In this document: in pieces, positions 1-22,912 of the stretch | Numbering within the stretch: position 1 is the stretch's first letter | How the letters are laid out: the number at the start of each line of letters is the position of its first letter | Assembly (NCBI RefSeq): GCF_963506605.1 | Contig: NC_083289.1 | Coordinates: 28,148,001 to 28,212,000, forward strand | Source: Zootoca vivipara | Taxonomy: Eukaryota | Length of the DNA stretch: 64,000 nucleotides | Direction of reading: 5' to 3' | Translations under genes and position numbers: made by a program | Notes under the pieces: model-generated | Told to the model about the DNA's origin: nothing | The model's database searches: none | What the model saw: the letters and a program-made list of their open reading frames with translations, nothing else

Positions 1-43
1 CTTGGCGGGAGGGCTAGTCTCACTGTCCGCTTTTTTTCTGCAG

Positions 44-3000
44 GTGGCGGCGCCTCGACCCGTGATCGCCTTCCAGGGTAGCCAAGGGGTAAGGATATTT
101 CCCAGCACCGTGCATTGGGCAGGGGTCCTGTCGTGGACCCTGCCGGCATCGCCGGGGCTGGGCAACGGAGCGGCGCCGTGGACGTTGCTATCGCCGCGGG
201 CGCCGCCTGCTTGCTAATGAGCTCCCCGCGGCTTTCTGCAAGGCGGCTAACGAGCCTCGCGCGAGCGGCAGACCGAGCCTGGCTGCGGCGTCCTCCCCGC
301 GGAGTGCTCTGCTGTCTTGGCGCTGGAATGGGGCATCCCGCCCCGTCAAAAGCAGCTTCTTTTTCGGGCTATGTTAGCTCTCCTTTCCCCTCGTCGATCT
401 AGACGGGAAAACCCCTTTAGCAAAGGGAAGAGCGGAAAAGACGGAGCTGGCAGATGCCGCGCCTCCGCTGCTCTGTACGGGGAGCCCCGCGCTCTCTTCT
501 TGCGCAGGGCCAAGGCTGACCCCTGGAAAAACACACAGCCCCACAGTGTCTTTCACTCACGCTGGGCCATGCCCCACTGGCACAGAAACAGACCCTAGCC
601 ACATGTCTAGGGTCAGGTCCTGCTCCGGAGGCCAAGGGGCCAGACCAGATTCCCACTCTTCTCTTTCTATGCTGTCCAGTATCTGAAGGTGCCCTGCAGT
701 GCCACTGCCGGCTGTCGTGACCCACGGACTTTCCGCTTCACCTTCTACCTCTCACGCTATACGAAGGAGCAGCCGCAGGCCAGCTTCGATTGCGTCCGCC
801 AGGCCAGTACCAGGTGAGCTGGCCCAGCCCAAAAGCTGTTTCCCTGGGGTGGGAATGAGGGAGAGAGGCATCCCTGAACATTGCTCTTCTTTGCCCAGGT
901 GGCTGGAGGGCAGAGGAGCTATCCAAGAGAAGATCACCATCTGTGCCATGGTTGTGGAGGCCTCCAAGTCCAGATGGGGGGTAGAGAGGCTGGCCTGCCG
1001 TAGGGCAGCAGCTGCATTCCCAAACCCAGGTGAGGAGAGAGGGGCAAGGGGCAACAAGGGGTTCTTGGATAGGAGCTGAAGGGGGAATTGGCACAAATTG
1101 CCACCACCTCTCTTCCCTACCCACTTCCTGAAAGGAACAATTTGTGAGTGTTGCCATTCAAAGGTCTCTGGTTCTAACCTAGAATGTATATATTCTAAGA
1201 AGCAGTGGAACATGTTTTAAATTTAAAACCACATAGCAAACTGTTTTTACTAACATGTGATCATAATGGAAGTTTAGTTTGGTATCTTATCTAAAACCTT
1301 TGTGTCCTAGAGGGTGGCTGTATTAAATCTGTTTATATAAGCAGTTATTACTACTATAATAAACTGATATGGTAATTTCCCAGTAATGGAAAAGCCGTGG
1401 AAATATAGTGTGTGCTAAATAACTAGTATAAATCTAATGTTTTATTACAGGCACGTCCAACAGGTAAATTGTGATCTACCAGTAGATCACTGGATGTCTG
1501 TGGTAGATCACTGCTAGATCACTGGCACCCCTAAAAAAAGCTCACCCAAAATTTTCCTCCCTAAAAAAGCTGAACTATGACCTGAAGCCCTAAACAAAAA
1601 TGGGCCTCCCTCCCTCCTAAAAGAAGCTCAACAAGTTTGACCTAAACCCCCCAAAACAGGGCTTCCTTTCCTTAAAAAAACTCAACAGCTTTGACCTGAA
1701 CCCCCCCAAAAGGGGGTAGATCACTCCCAGTTTTTAACTCTGTGAGTAGATCAGAGTCTCTTGGGAGTTGGCCACCCCTTTAATTTATTATATACACGGT
1801 GGATTTATGAAATCCTTCCATATGTGAACCATCTTGAGATTTTCAGATTAAGGGTGGTATACAAATTTAATAAGTGGATCTGAAGTGCAACATCCAAATT
1901 TCAGCTCAGTTGCCATATAGACAATCACTGTGGAGGAAGAATGGAAACTGTCTTCTGCAATTGGCATTGGGGAGGGGGCCGAGCTGCTGACAGCCAAGGC
2001 TGACCCTATTTCCTCACTCCCTTTTTTCCTTGACTTTCTGCTTTTCTGCACTGTAGAGACTGGCACCCTCCTCCCAAGGAGAGCAGCCTCAGAGAGCCCC
2101 AGTGGGAAAGGCAAAGGAAGCAGTCCCCCCACCAATGAGCCCCCATGGCCACCAGTGCAGGTGCTGGAAGGAAGAGACCAGAGGGCTAAGAAGCTGTTGG
2201 GCTTGTTGGAGAGGCCACAGCTGCAAGCTGAGGTAGGTCTGGGAGAGGCCACTGGGCTTCCTTGCCTTGCTGGAGCCTCCCTCACCACCCTTTACCCCAC
2301 AGATGGGGCAGCTGAGCCCCCCAGAAAGAAGTTACAGCTTGAAAGAAGACTGTCTGCAACCTAGAAAGGAGGCCTGGACAGGTGCTCTGCAGCAGCACCA
2401 GGAAGCATCTGAGCACTTGCGCAGGTAGAGCAATGAGTCTGGGAGTTGACTACCGGGGAGGGACAGGGGATCCTTGTGGTTTTAGTCATTCTTTCTAGCA
2501 TAATCCTGTGTATTTATGTGTGGGTGCAGTTGTTCCTACTACAGTATTCTGCTCTGCCATGCTCAGCTTTTAACAGCTCTCCTTCCACTTCTGCAGGAAA
2601 GAGGCCCAGCAAGCTTCGGCCAAGCCCTTCCCAAGCCCTCCATCTGAAAAGCTTGCCCCTTCTCAAGGTGGTAGTCCTTTAAGAGCGGTGAGTCCTGCAA
2701 CGGGGGTGGCGCTTTAATTCAGAGCAGTAGCAGCGACAGCTGATGCCATGGAAAGGCTGTAGTTGCATCACTCCCTCTGGGCAGCCTAATTCCCAGGCAT
2801 TGTAGGCTCCTGTGGGCACAAAGGGAGGGGGGGACTTTCTTATCTTCCATTTCTGCTGTTCTCATTTGCTTGCCTGTGTGTGCTACTGCATGGTGGTTTT
2901 CAGTTGGTCTTCCTGCCTAGAGGGAACCCTCATTATCCTTTTGTTCCTAGTATCCACTTGGCAGATTAGACTGTAAGAGAAGGCTTATCATTTGCCATGC

Positions 3001-4612
3001 TCAAACACAATGCTTTAAAGTGGACTGTGCCTGGAAAGAGTGAAGAGTGTGGATAAGCCCAGTCTTTATTTTTCAGAGACTACAACCTCTCCGAGCTGCA
3101 CTTGGGCCAAGGTCCAGGAGATGGCAGGGGCCTCACTTTACAGGAGCCGAGAGCAGCTGGTGGGGACGCAAAATGCAGCCTGCAGCAGCAGTGAAGAGCA
3201 GGGCCCAGACAGATAGCAGTGACATCATAGGGGAGGTTCAGAGCTCGGATGAAGAACCTGAAGCAGGAAGTCATAGAGCACCAGAGGTCGAGTGGCCAGG
3301 GGAGGAGGAGAGGCAGGCAGGTGAGGAGTCTGACAGATGCACTCCCAGCACAAACATCAAATATGATGGCAACTGGAACCTCTGCTCCTGACCTTGAGCA
3401 AAATGGAAAGCTCAGCCTTCCCAGTCTGGCTTAAACCAGGAGGGACTTGTGCTGTCACTTGGGCCTAAAAAGCTATCTAGAACCACCTTCCTAATCTTCC
3501 CAACCTTCCAGGTGTTTGGACTGCAGGCAACCCAGCAGTTGGGCTGATGGGAGCTGTAGACCAAAATATCCAGATGGCACAAGCCTGGGAAAGGATTGAG
3601 CAACGCACACTGGTGGGAGATGCTGGTGTCCAATGCAGGGCTGCAGGGCGACTGCTGCCACCACAATGACTCTCTTCCTTTTCCCTCCCCAGACCATGCC
3701 AGCACCTCAGAGGAAAACCTCAATTACTACTTGTAAGTATTTAGCTGCACTGAACACAAGGCAAGGGCATTTTTCATAGGCCTCAGCCATTTGGGAACCA
3801 GCATCATTTTCACTGGTGCCCAGCCTTGTTGTACATTTGGTGTGGGGATCTCATGCCTAGGGAGCAAATGGAGCTTCTGGAAGACTGTCCATGCTAGAAC
3901 ACAATCCTTGGGACCAAAAAGGGTTCTACTCCGGATGTGGGAGATGGATTGGAGAGGTGGCTACTGCTGTTTGCCTTACCAACCAATAGTGTTTGATACC
4001 TTGGGTCAAATTCCCCAGGGGAGGAGGAAGCTATCCCTTTCCATCTTCTGACTCACATAATGTGTCTTTTGAAACTAGGAAATATGTCCCCATTTGCTCA
4101 GTAAAGCAGTACCGAGCCTACCAGGAGGACTTCACTGCAGACTACACCACATACCGCCACCTCCATGCCAGGATTGGGAGTGTGAGCAGGAGGTTTGCCC
4201 AGCTGGGCAAAAGGCTTAGGCGAATGCAGCAAGGAACCAAGGAGTACAAGGTAACAACATTCCAGGAAACAAAAGGGAACACAGGGGAAGGGTCCTTCCC
4301 TGCCTGTTCCTGGGCTCAACTAGCTCTCTTGGGTTACAGGTCCTAGAAGATCAGATTTTGCAAGAATACAGGCACTTCAAAAAGGTGAGGCTGGAGCAGT
4401 GGGAATCCAGGTTGGCATCGGGTAGGGTGGTGCTTTCTTTCCCCCTGGTGGCTGAACTGTTTCCTTCTTTGCAGGTGTATCCTAACTACCAAGAAGAAAA
4501 GAGGCACTGCGAGTATCTGCACCACAAGCTCTCCCACATCAAGGCTCAAATCCTAAACTTCGAGCAGAATGTCCCTCCAGCTGGTCAGAGGGGCTGTGGC
4601 GAGAGGAGATGA
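44..4612 (+). CDS. ELL3: RNA polymerase II elongation factor ELL3, 5'-partial (first coding exon lies upstream of the window)
   Basis: GT-AG exons 44-88, 680-813, 899-1029, 2057-2232, 2303-2424, 2597-2687, 3077-3320, 3693-3732, 4079-4250, 4340-4384, 4475-4612 join into an open 1338-nt frame. It has ELL N-terminal motifs (RPVIAFQGSQGYLKVP, FTFYLS, IQEKITICA) and a C-terminal occludin/ELL domain (YQEDFTADYTTYRHLHARIG...YPNYQEEKRHCEYLHHKLSHIK). It lies tail-to-tail with PDIA3, as ELL3 does in mammals. Confidence 0.9.
1448..1779. mobile_element. Non-autonomous hAT element with internal tandem repeats
   Basis: Ends CAGGCACGTCCAAC...GTTGGCCACCCCT. Same family as the copy at 39990-40223. Confidence 0.75.
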
Positions 4613-5585
4613 TTAGGGCAGCATCACCTGCAACTCCTCACAGCAAGCACAGAGGGGCTCTAGTGTTTCAATGCAACTGCTTGCTCTTGGGAGTGAGCTT
4701 TGTACAGCTTAAGAACAGGCCCAGTTTACAGTATGTTCCTCTTATATTTTGGTCCAAGTCTGCTCCGCACATCTTGCTAGCTGAAAGCAATTTGAAAAGA
4801 AACACTTAAAGCAGGGCAGGGGTGCTCCCTTTTCCCCATCCTTCTGTAGCAACTTGTTCGTGACAGCCTAAAGTTACTTCAAGCTATCCACAACCAGAGC
4901 AGCCATCTTTGGCTTGAAACAAGCCTGTGCTTTAGAATTGTTTCATCAGCAAGTATATTCTTGTGCCTTAGATTGAAAAAAGTGGAGTGTGGGTAGTCTT
5001 GCATTTTTAGATAAAGACATTCTCAATATGCTAACACTTAGCCTGTCCAACTCCAGCTGACATTTGTTCAGACTCTCACACCCAAGGCAGTAGGAACTTT
5101 GCTAGAAACCTTTTCTTCAAGGAATACTTTAATCTTGCCTGGCTTATGCTGCTTTGTTTTTTAGTTTCTAGTGGCTGCAGAGACAGGGCTTTGTCACACA
5201 GGCTTAAAGCTTGGCACCTACCACATCTCTCAGAGACTCTCCACGTGAGAAGTTATACAAAAAATTGCATTTTGTGAAGATCATTTAAACAGACATGGCA
5301 TCTCCCTTCACTTTGTATCAATCAGTTATGTTATCAATCAGCTACATGTTCATTTGACAATGCTGCTTAGGCCCATCTGCAGAGCTAGGCTATCCCAAGC
5401 TAAAATCAACACGCAAACTTCTCAAGGACAGCTGAATTGTTCAGTAACTTCTAAAGGGAACAAAAGCTATCTGGCAGAGCAGCTTCCCAAGCTAGCACAG
5501 GTAAATGTATGCTGCTCCAAGAGACAGGGAGAAATCTTTCCCCTCCCATCATCACAGAAAGGCAACTTGGGGCCTAAGGGGGTCA

Positions 5586-5591
5586 TTTATT
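5586..5591 (-). terminator. Probable PDIA3 polyadenylation signal (AATAAA)
   Basis: tttatt on the + strand, about 275 nt downstream of the PDIA3 stop codon. Confidence 0.6.
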
Positions 5592-5864
5592 GATTCACTT
5601 CTCCAAATGTACAAAAAATTAGAAAACAAACCCTCCCCCTCCCCACCCACAAATATCAGCCAGTCCAGGGCATTCAAGGCCAGTGCAGTTAAGAGATGAG
5701 GGGGCAGGAAATTAAACAGAACAGCAGCAGCAGCTGGGTCCCCTCTGCTCAATGTGGCTTCACTTTCCAACAGCTTAGACTGCCCCACAGGGCCCCACCT
5801 CCAGGAGTGGCCATGGGCTCTTCTGCAGACAAGGGCGATGATGACACCAAGCCCCCCTCCCCGC

Positions 5865-16772
<10,908 letters not shown>

Positions 16773-17879
16773 GAGGCCCAGCCGCCGGCGAACGAGAAAG
16801 AGGGAGAAAGGTGAGGAAGACGGAGAACGAGCCGGAGAAAGCGGCGGCTGAGGCGACTTTCGTTTTCTCTCGTTCTCGCCTCAGCGGAAAGCTAAAGAGG
16901 AGGCGGAAGTCCCGCCCCTCCAGGAGACGGGGCCGGATTTGCAGTGTGGCAGCTGCTCACTGGCCCACGCCGGCGGGAGGGCGGCCAATGAGGAGGAGAA
17001 ATAGTGGCAGGAGGAGGCTGGGTGGCTCTACGCTCGTCGTCATAGCGATGCCGCGAGGGGCCGCCCTGGGCTCGCGCTCCAGAGCGGGCTTCGCGGGTTG
17101 GCCCGGCCTCCCGCCATTGCCTCCCTCGTCTCCCCCTCAAGAGCTGCGGCTGAGGGCTAGCTAGAGAGATGTCGGCGCCTTTTTCGAAAAGTGCCCCCTA
17201 TTGTGAAGAGCTGGTCCCTCGGCGGAGCGGCTGAAGCCAAACTCTTGTAGCACCCTCGTTGCCCAACTGCAGCACAACAGCCCTGCAATGCTGACAGTGG
17301 GCCTTTCTCTCCGGCGCCTGCCGCCGCCACCCTCCCCACTTACTCTTGCATCTCCAAATAGGAAGGAACCTGGGATGCATTAAAGCAATTACTTTTTTAA
17401 AAAATGTTTTGAGCCAGTGGCCTAGCACTTCTCAGTCAAACCTACGCACACAAATTGCTGGGGAAAGCAGAGCGAGCTAGCTTCCAGCTGCCTTTTCTTT
17501 CTCCAAGATCAAAGCAGCTCGCTCATTTCCCTGACAGACCCCCCCCCCCTCAACCAGGAACTCTTGAGACCAACTGCATCTCTGTTTCCTTATGAGCTAC
17601 TGATCCTAAACCCAGTAACTTGAATGCCATGCATCTAGGCACGTGGGAATTCTATGGGAAACAGACCTACTTCAGCAGTCAATTTAGGAGACATTGTTAG
17701 GAATAAAAGGGAAGCAGACAGAAAGAAAAAACAATATAATATGAACCTTGGTATTGTGGCTCTGAACTGAACCAACCCTACCCTATCCACTACATTCACT
17801 GTTCAAGTTCACTCACAAAAAATAAGCAAGACTGTCGTGTGTGGTCTAGTTGAGATTTGGTGAGTGATTGCCAAAGAAG

Positions 17880-17948
17880 TTGAGATTCCTGCATTGCTAG
17901 GATTTGGATTAGATGACCCTGAGGTCCCTTCCAATTCTACGATTCTAA
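17880..17948 (+). mobile_element. CR1 LINE 3' tail fragment
   Basis: GAGATTCCTGCATTGC...AGATGACCCTGAGGTCCCTTCCAATTCTACGATTCTA. The same tail recurs at about 21485-21550, 42672-42730 and, inverted, at 35307-35360. Confidence 0.65.
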
Positions 17949-17987
17949 GGAGCAGCTCAGCTTTTTTATCTCGTCTCCCCACCCTCT

Positions 17988-19328
17988 CTTTTTTACTATA
18001 ATTTTTATTCATTTTCCATCAAACAATAATTCCAATTTACATCACCAATCTAATCTTTCCATGCTCCACTGAGCTTAAGACTTCCTTCCCCCCCTTCAAC
18101 AAGCTTTCTATTACCAATCTATATGTCGCATTTATTTCTTAAACTGTAAAGTCCATATCGTAGGAATTATTTCAGTCTTGCTAGTGTCTTCAAACTTTTA
18201 CAATGATTATTAATATAGTCAATAAATTTACTCCAGTCTCTCTGGAATTATATGTCCTGGTTCCTGACTCTGCAAGTCAATTTTGTCAGTTCTGCATAGT
18301 CCATCAATTTCGTCTGCCACTCCACAAACATTGGTACAGTATTTCTTGTGATTTCCACTTTTGGCCTAATAAAGTTCTTGCCGCAACTGTGGCATATAAA
18401 AACAGTCTTTGGTCTGCTTTCGCAATTTCTTCCCCCATCAACCCCAGCAGAAATGTTTCCAGTTTTTTAAGGGAAAGTATATTTAAGCATCTTTTTAAGT
18501 CATTATATAACATCTCCCAAAAGCATCTTATTTTGTCACATGTCCACCACATATGATAAAAATCTCCATCTTTTTCTTTGCATTTCCAACACATTCTATT
18601 ATTCATCCTGTACACTTTAGCCAATTTTACCGGTGTCCAATACCATCTATACATCATTTTCATTACATTTTCTTTTAATGCCATGCACGCTGTAAATTTT
18701 AATTTTCATTCCACAGTTTTAACCACACATCATATTCAATATTATGCCCAAAGTACATTGCTCATTTTATCATAACCTCTTTTGTCTGTTCATCCATTGT
18801 ATATCATTCCAGTAACAAATTGTAAATTTTTGATAACAGTTTACTTCTGCCTTCCAACAGCTCAATTTGAAATCTAGATTTTTTTATCCTCAAAACCAAT
18901 TTTCTTCTCTCCCATAAAAACATCATTTAATTCATAAAGTCCGAGCAGGCTTTCTTCCTGGCAGACAATTAAAAGATAATGTAAGACGTATTGGGGATAT
19001 AATAGAATATTTGGAGACCAGGAATGATAAGCAAGCAGTATTAATGTTTATAGATGCAGAAAAAGCTTTTGATAATATTTCTTGGCATTTCATGAAGAAA
19101 AGTTTGGAAAAGATGGGGATAGGAGGATCTTTCCTGAAAGGTATAGATGCAATATATTCTGAACAAAAGGCAAAATTGATTGTGAATAACGTTTTGACAG
19201 AAAATATTGATATAACTAAAGGTACTAGACAGGCGTGTCCGTTGTCACCATTATTATTCATCACGGTCCTGGAAGTATTAACCAATAATTTGAGAGAAGC
19301 TTCAGAAGTAAAAGATATAAAGATTAAT
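17988..19328 (-). mobile_element. 5'-truncated, 5'-inverted L1-clade LINE
   Basis: The - strand at about 17988-18935 encodes the ORF2 C-terminal CCHC region (CWKC...HMWWTC) followed by an AATAAA/A-rich tail. The + strand at about 18936-19328 encodes RT motifs (GFLPGR, IDAEKAFDNISW, GTRQACPLSPLLF). Confidence 0.85.
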
Positions 19329-19460
19329 CTCTTCCCTCTCATGGGAGGGGGAAAGCCCTGGGTCTTTGGTCAGGTATTAAGGACTCTTTTTGCATATGAA
19401 GGTGTTTGCAGGAGATATACAACTTTAAAACTTGGTGACACACAGCTCTTCAGATGAAGG

Positions 19461-19550
19461 CATAGCTGCCAAGTTTTCCCATTTCTCACGAGGAAGCCTA
19501 TTCAGCATAAGGGAATTTCCCTTAAAAAAAGGGAGAACTTGGCAGCTATG
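19461..19550. mobile_element. 90-bp hAT-type MITE
   Basis: TIRs CATAGCTGCCAAGTT / AACTTGGCAGCTATG with a perfect 8-bp TSD GATGAAGG. Confidence 0.88.
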
Positions 19551-19825
19551 GATGAAGGGTGGTATACAAATTTAATAATAACAATAAGCCTGTATTTCTA
19601 TGCGTTTTCTTTCCTGACATGTAGAGATCCTGGCCTAGAGATGCAGCATCTTTTTTATGAAGGCGCTCATTTCATTTGACTGCACATGCCCTGTTACGCA
19701 ATTCCTTTAGCTATGCTCAGCAATGCAACGTGTACATATTGGTTGAAGAGGAGGCAAACTTTTGGCTTAGAGGGGCTGCCCTCGCTGAAAAGGGATTATG
19801 TGTAGACACGGAATTGAGACGAACA

Positions 19826-19918
19826 AGAACTCCAGCTATATGCTAACACATCATTATGCAATTAGCCAATTGCAAGAACTCTAGCTATATGCTAACACAT
19901 CATTATGCAATTAGCCAA
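19826..19918. repeat. Tandem duplication, about 48-bp unit x2
   Basis: AAGAACTC(C/T)AGCTATATGCTAACACATCATTATGCAATTAGCCAA repeated head-to-tail. Confidence 0.85.
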
Positions 19919-20429
19919 ACAAACACAAGTCTTAACTTGAGGGTCACTTGAACAGGACCACGTCAACCCATTGCATCACCACTAGAGACTAGCAACAGGC
20001 CTGGCCATCTCGTGACATGGTTGCACACATCTAGCAGAATCAAGCAGGGAAGAAGTGGTTTTCATGCTCAGCACAGCAGAGTGGTTTAAACCTCTCTCCC
20101 CAGCCCAGTGTTGTGATGGGGGATGCCCACTTCCTGAAGCTGTGATGTTACCAGCTGCTGTCATCTTTGTTGCAATGGGAAAGCACCTGGCCTTTTATTT
20201 GTTCATCAGACTGGACCCTGTATTTATGAGCAATGTTACCTGATGCCACCTTGGCTCGGTGGTCTACAGGCCAGTGGTCCTTCACCATCCCTGCCTTTTT
20301 CCGTATTTGCTATACAAACAGATTTTGATTCTGTAAATGGGAAACCCATTGCTCCCCAAGAAGTTCTGGCAGCTCTGACCTTCAGAAAGTTATTGCTAAT
20401 ATTTCATCGGAATCTCTTTTATTGTCACT

Positions 20430-21780
20430 TGTTTTGGGTCCCACCCTCCAGAGCAGCAGAAAACAAACTTGCTCCATCTTCCATGTAACCTTTCAGATAT
20501 TAGAAGATGACTATCATATCACCTCTCAAGTTTCCTCTTCTCCAGGCTAAACATACCCAGCTTCCTCAACTATTCCTCATAAGGTTTGGTTTCCAGCCCC
20601 TTGATCATTTTGGTTGTCCTCCTCTGCACATGTTCCAGCTTGTCAATATGCTCCTTAAATTGTGGTGGCCAGAACTGAACACGGGACTCCAGGTGGGGTC
20701 TGACCAAGGCAGAATAGAACAGTACTATTACTTCCCTTGATCTAGACCAGGCATCCCCAAACTCGGCCCTCCAGATGTTTTGGGACTACAACTCCCATCA
20801 TCCCTAGCTAACAGGGCCAGTGGTCAGGGATGATGGGAGTTGTAGTCCCAAAACATCTGGAGGGCCGAGTTTGGGGATTCCTGATCTAGACACTATTATT
20901 TCTGCTGATGCAGCCTAGCATTGCACTAGCTGGATCACACTGTTGACTCATGCTAAGGTTGTGGTCTACCAAGACTCCTCGCTCCCTTTCAAGCCAGATG
21001 TCCCTCATTCTATATCTTGTGCACCTGAATATTCCTTGCTAGGTGTAGAACTGTACATTTGTCCCTATTGAGATTTTATCTATTGTGCAGAGGATGGCAA
21101 CCATGATGATCAAGGGTCTGGAAGCCAAGCCTAATGAGCAACATTTGAAGATGAGTAGTCTGGAAAAGAGGAGACTGTTAGGAGACACAATAGCCCTTTT
21201 CAAATATCCTATGGGCTGTCACATGGAAGATGGAGCAAGCTTGTTTTCTCCTGCTCTGGAGGAGATATTTTATTAATCGAATTTATATACCGCCCATTAT
21301 ATACCCATGAACAAATGGCTTCAGGTTACAAGAAAGGAAATTCTGACTAAACATCAGAAAGAACTTTCTGACAGTAAGCACTAATCAACAGTGGAATGGT
21401 GTCCCTCAGGAGGTTGTGTATTCTCCTCCTCTGGAGGTTTTTAAGCAGAGGTTGGATGGCCATCTGTCATGGATGCTTTAGTTGACATTCCTGTGTTGCA
21501 GGGGGTTGAACTAGATGACCCTTGGACTCCCTTCCAACTCTATGATTCTTTATTAGCCTCCCAAGTTTGATGTCAGATTTGATGAGCACCCCCTCTATTC
21601 CTTAATTCAAGTCATTTATACAGATATCGAACAACACTGGGCCCTGGAAAAAATCCTGTGGCACCCCATTGGTCACTTTTCAGGATGATGAGGAACTGTT
21701 GGTGAACATTCTTTTGGTCAGTCAACCAGCTACAAATCCACCCTAACAGTAACATTGTCTAACCCAGATTTCAACATTAA
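20430..21780. mobile_element. Cluster of decayed CR1 LINE fragments in both orientations
   Basis: + strand 21085-21550 reads VQRMATMMIKGLE...SLEKRRL.GD.IALFKY and ends in the CR1 tail. - strand CR1 ORF2-like sequence lies at about 20430-21080 and 21560-21780. Confidence 0.75.
20748..20883. mobile_element. Near-perfect palindromic hAT MITE nested in CR1
   Basis: About 60-bp inverted arms (CAGGCATCCCCAAACTCGGCCCTCCAGATGTTTTGGGACTACAACTCCCATCATCCCT) with a perfect TSD ATCTAGAC. Confidence 0.9.
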
Positions 21781-22494
21781 TGTCTTGCTGTTTTAAAGTC
21801 CAAATTGGCAGTGGAATTTGTGGGGGTTTTTTTAAGTCTGGTAATAAAGCAAGTAAAATTACAGTACAATATACCCTCACTACCCGGCAAGGGAGTTCCA
21901 GGTTTGAAACCCCAGATATCACTCTTGTAATATGTATAAGCCACATAAAGTGCAGTCAGGTACACATGTAAGTTTGGCAACACCTTTAATAAGTGTACAG
22001 TTTTGCTGCGCCCACAGTTCAATCATCTGATGCTGACAGGAGCCCAACTCTGCCAAAAATCTATCAAGGCACAAATGGCTCCCTTTCCACTTCAAGGAAA
22101 GAGTCAGAGCTGAGCAAAACTCTCTGATCTCACCTAGTTTCATGAGGTGCTGCTTGCTATAAATGTTTCCTTTCAGGTATCAGCACCCTTTGCCTTTTTG
22201 GTTTCAGAAACAAATATAGCATCCTCTCCAACTAGTAACTGGTTGCAAACTCCCCCATGTTAGTTTAAAACATGTCAGAAGGAAAGCCTTTGGAGAAAGG
22301 CCACAGCCCAATGATGGAGCAGCTGCTTTGCATGCAGAAGGTCACAGGTTCAAACCACAGCAGCACCTTCAGCTAAAATGATCCAGTAGTGGACAATGAA
22401 AACAACCAATTTCTCTGGCAGAGACCCTCCTAAGAGTTGCAGCCAGCAAAAGTAAATGTGCCAAGCTATTTTTGGCAGCTGCCTATATATCTTC

Positions 22495-22508
22495 CCAGCA
22501 GGGGGCAC
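22495..22508 (+). promoter_or_regulatory. CTCF-binding motif
   Basis: CCAGCAGGGGGCAC closely matches the CTCF core consensus CCA[C/G][C/T]AG[A/G][G/T]GGC[A/G]C. Confidence 0.5.
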
Positions 22509-22744
22509 TGCGGCCCTATCTGGTTTTGGGTCTCCGCACACACCCTACTCCAATTCCCCTTTCCTAGCTGTCTTCCCAATTGCTGTGGGGGACTGAAGGG
22601 GAAAGACTAAAGCAATTTCTTATCACCTGAGCAAAGAACAGAACTATGCTGTGACAGAACTGTCACAGGAATTTGGGTGAGGTGGAAAGAGCAAATAAGA
22701 GCCAGAAAGGCGTTAGTTCCAAATAGTTATAAAGTGGTCAGATC

Positions 22745-22750
22745 TTTAAT
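22745..22750 (-). terminator. Probable polyadenylation signal (ATTAAA) of the ZIP gene
   Basis: tttaat on the + strand, about 165 nt past the stop codon. It overlaps a + strand AATAAA at 22748-22753. Confidence 0.5.
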
Positions 22751-22912
22751 AAAAACATTTGAAGGCACAGCCTATCAGTGTCCGCTTGGGAAGAAGGGGA
22801 AACGGGAGGAGAGAAGCCACCATCTCTTCATTCTAAAAAGCTGCCTCCTGTGAAGCCGAGCCTGCCAGCGTCCATCTCTGCAGGGAAGGGCATCTCACTC
22901 AGCTGCTGGCCC

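Noticed and set aside
1520-1720. Regularly spaced short repeats superficially like a CRISPR array
   Set aside because: Eukaryotic DNA. These are degenerate internal tandem units of a hAT element, with no unique spacers or cas genes.
17555-17610. 'ELLRPTASLFPYELL' vaguely like a CATSPER2 S1-S2 linker
   Set aside because: Similarity is at chance level.
19620-19660. 'RSWPRD' peptide after an acceptor-like site, resembling the CATSPER2 C-terminal 'VWPRD'
   Set aside because: A four-residue match followed by a stop, with no flanking similarity. Insufficient to call a pseudo-exon.
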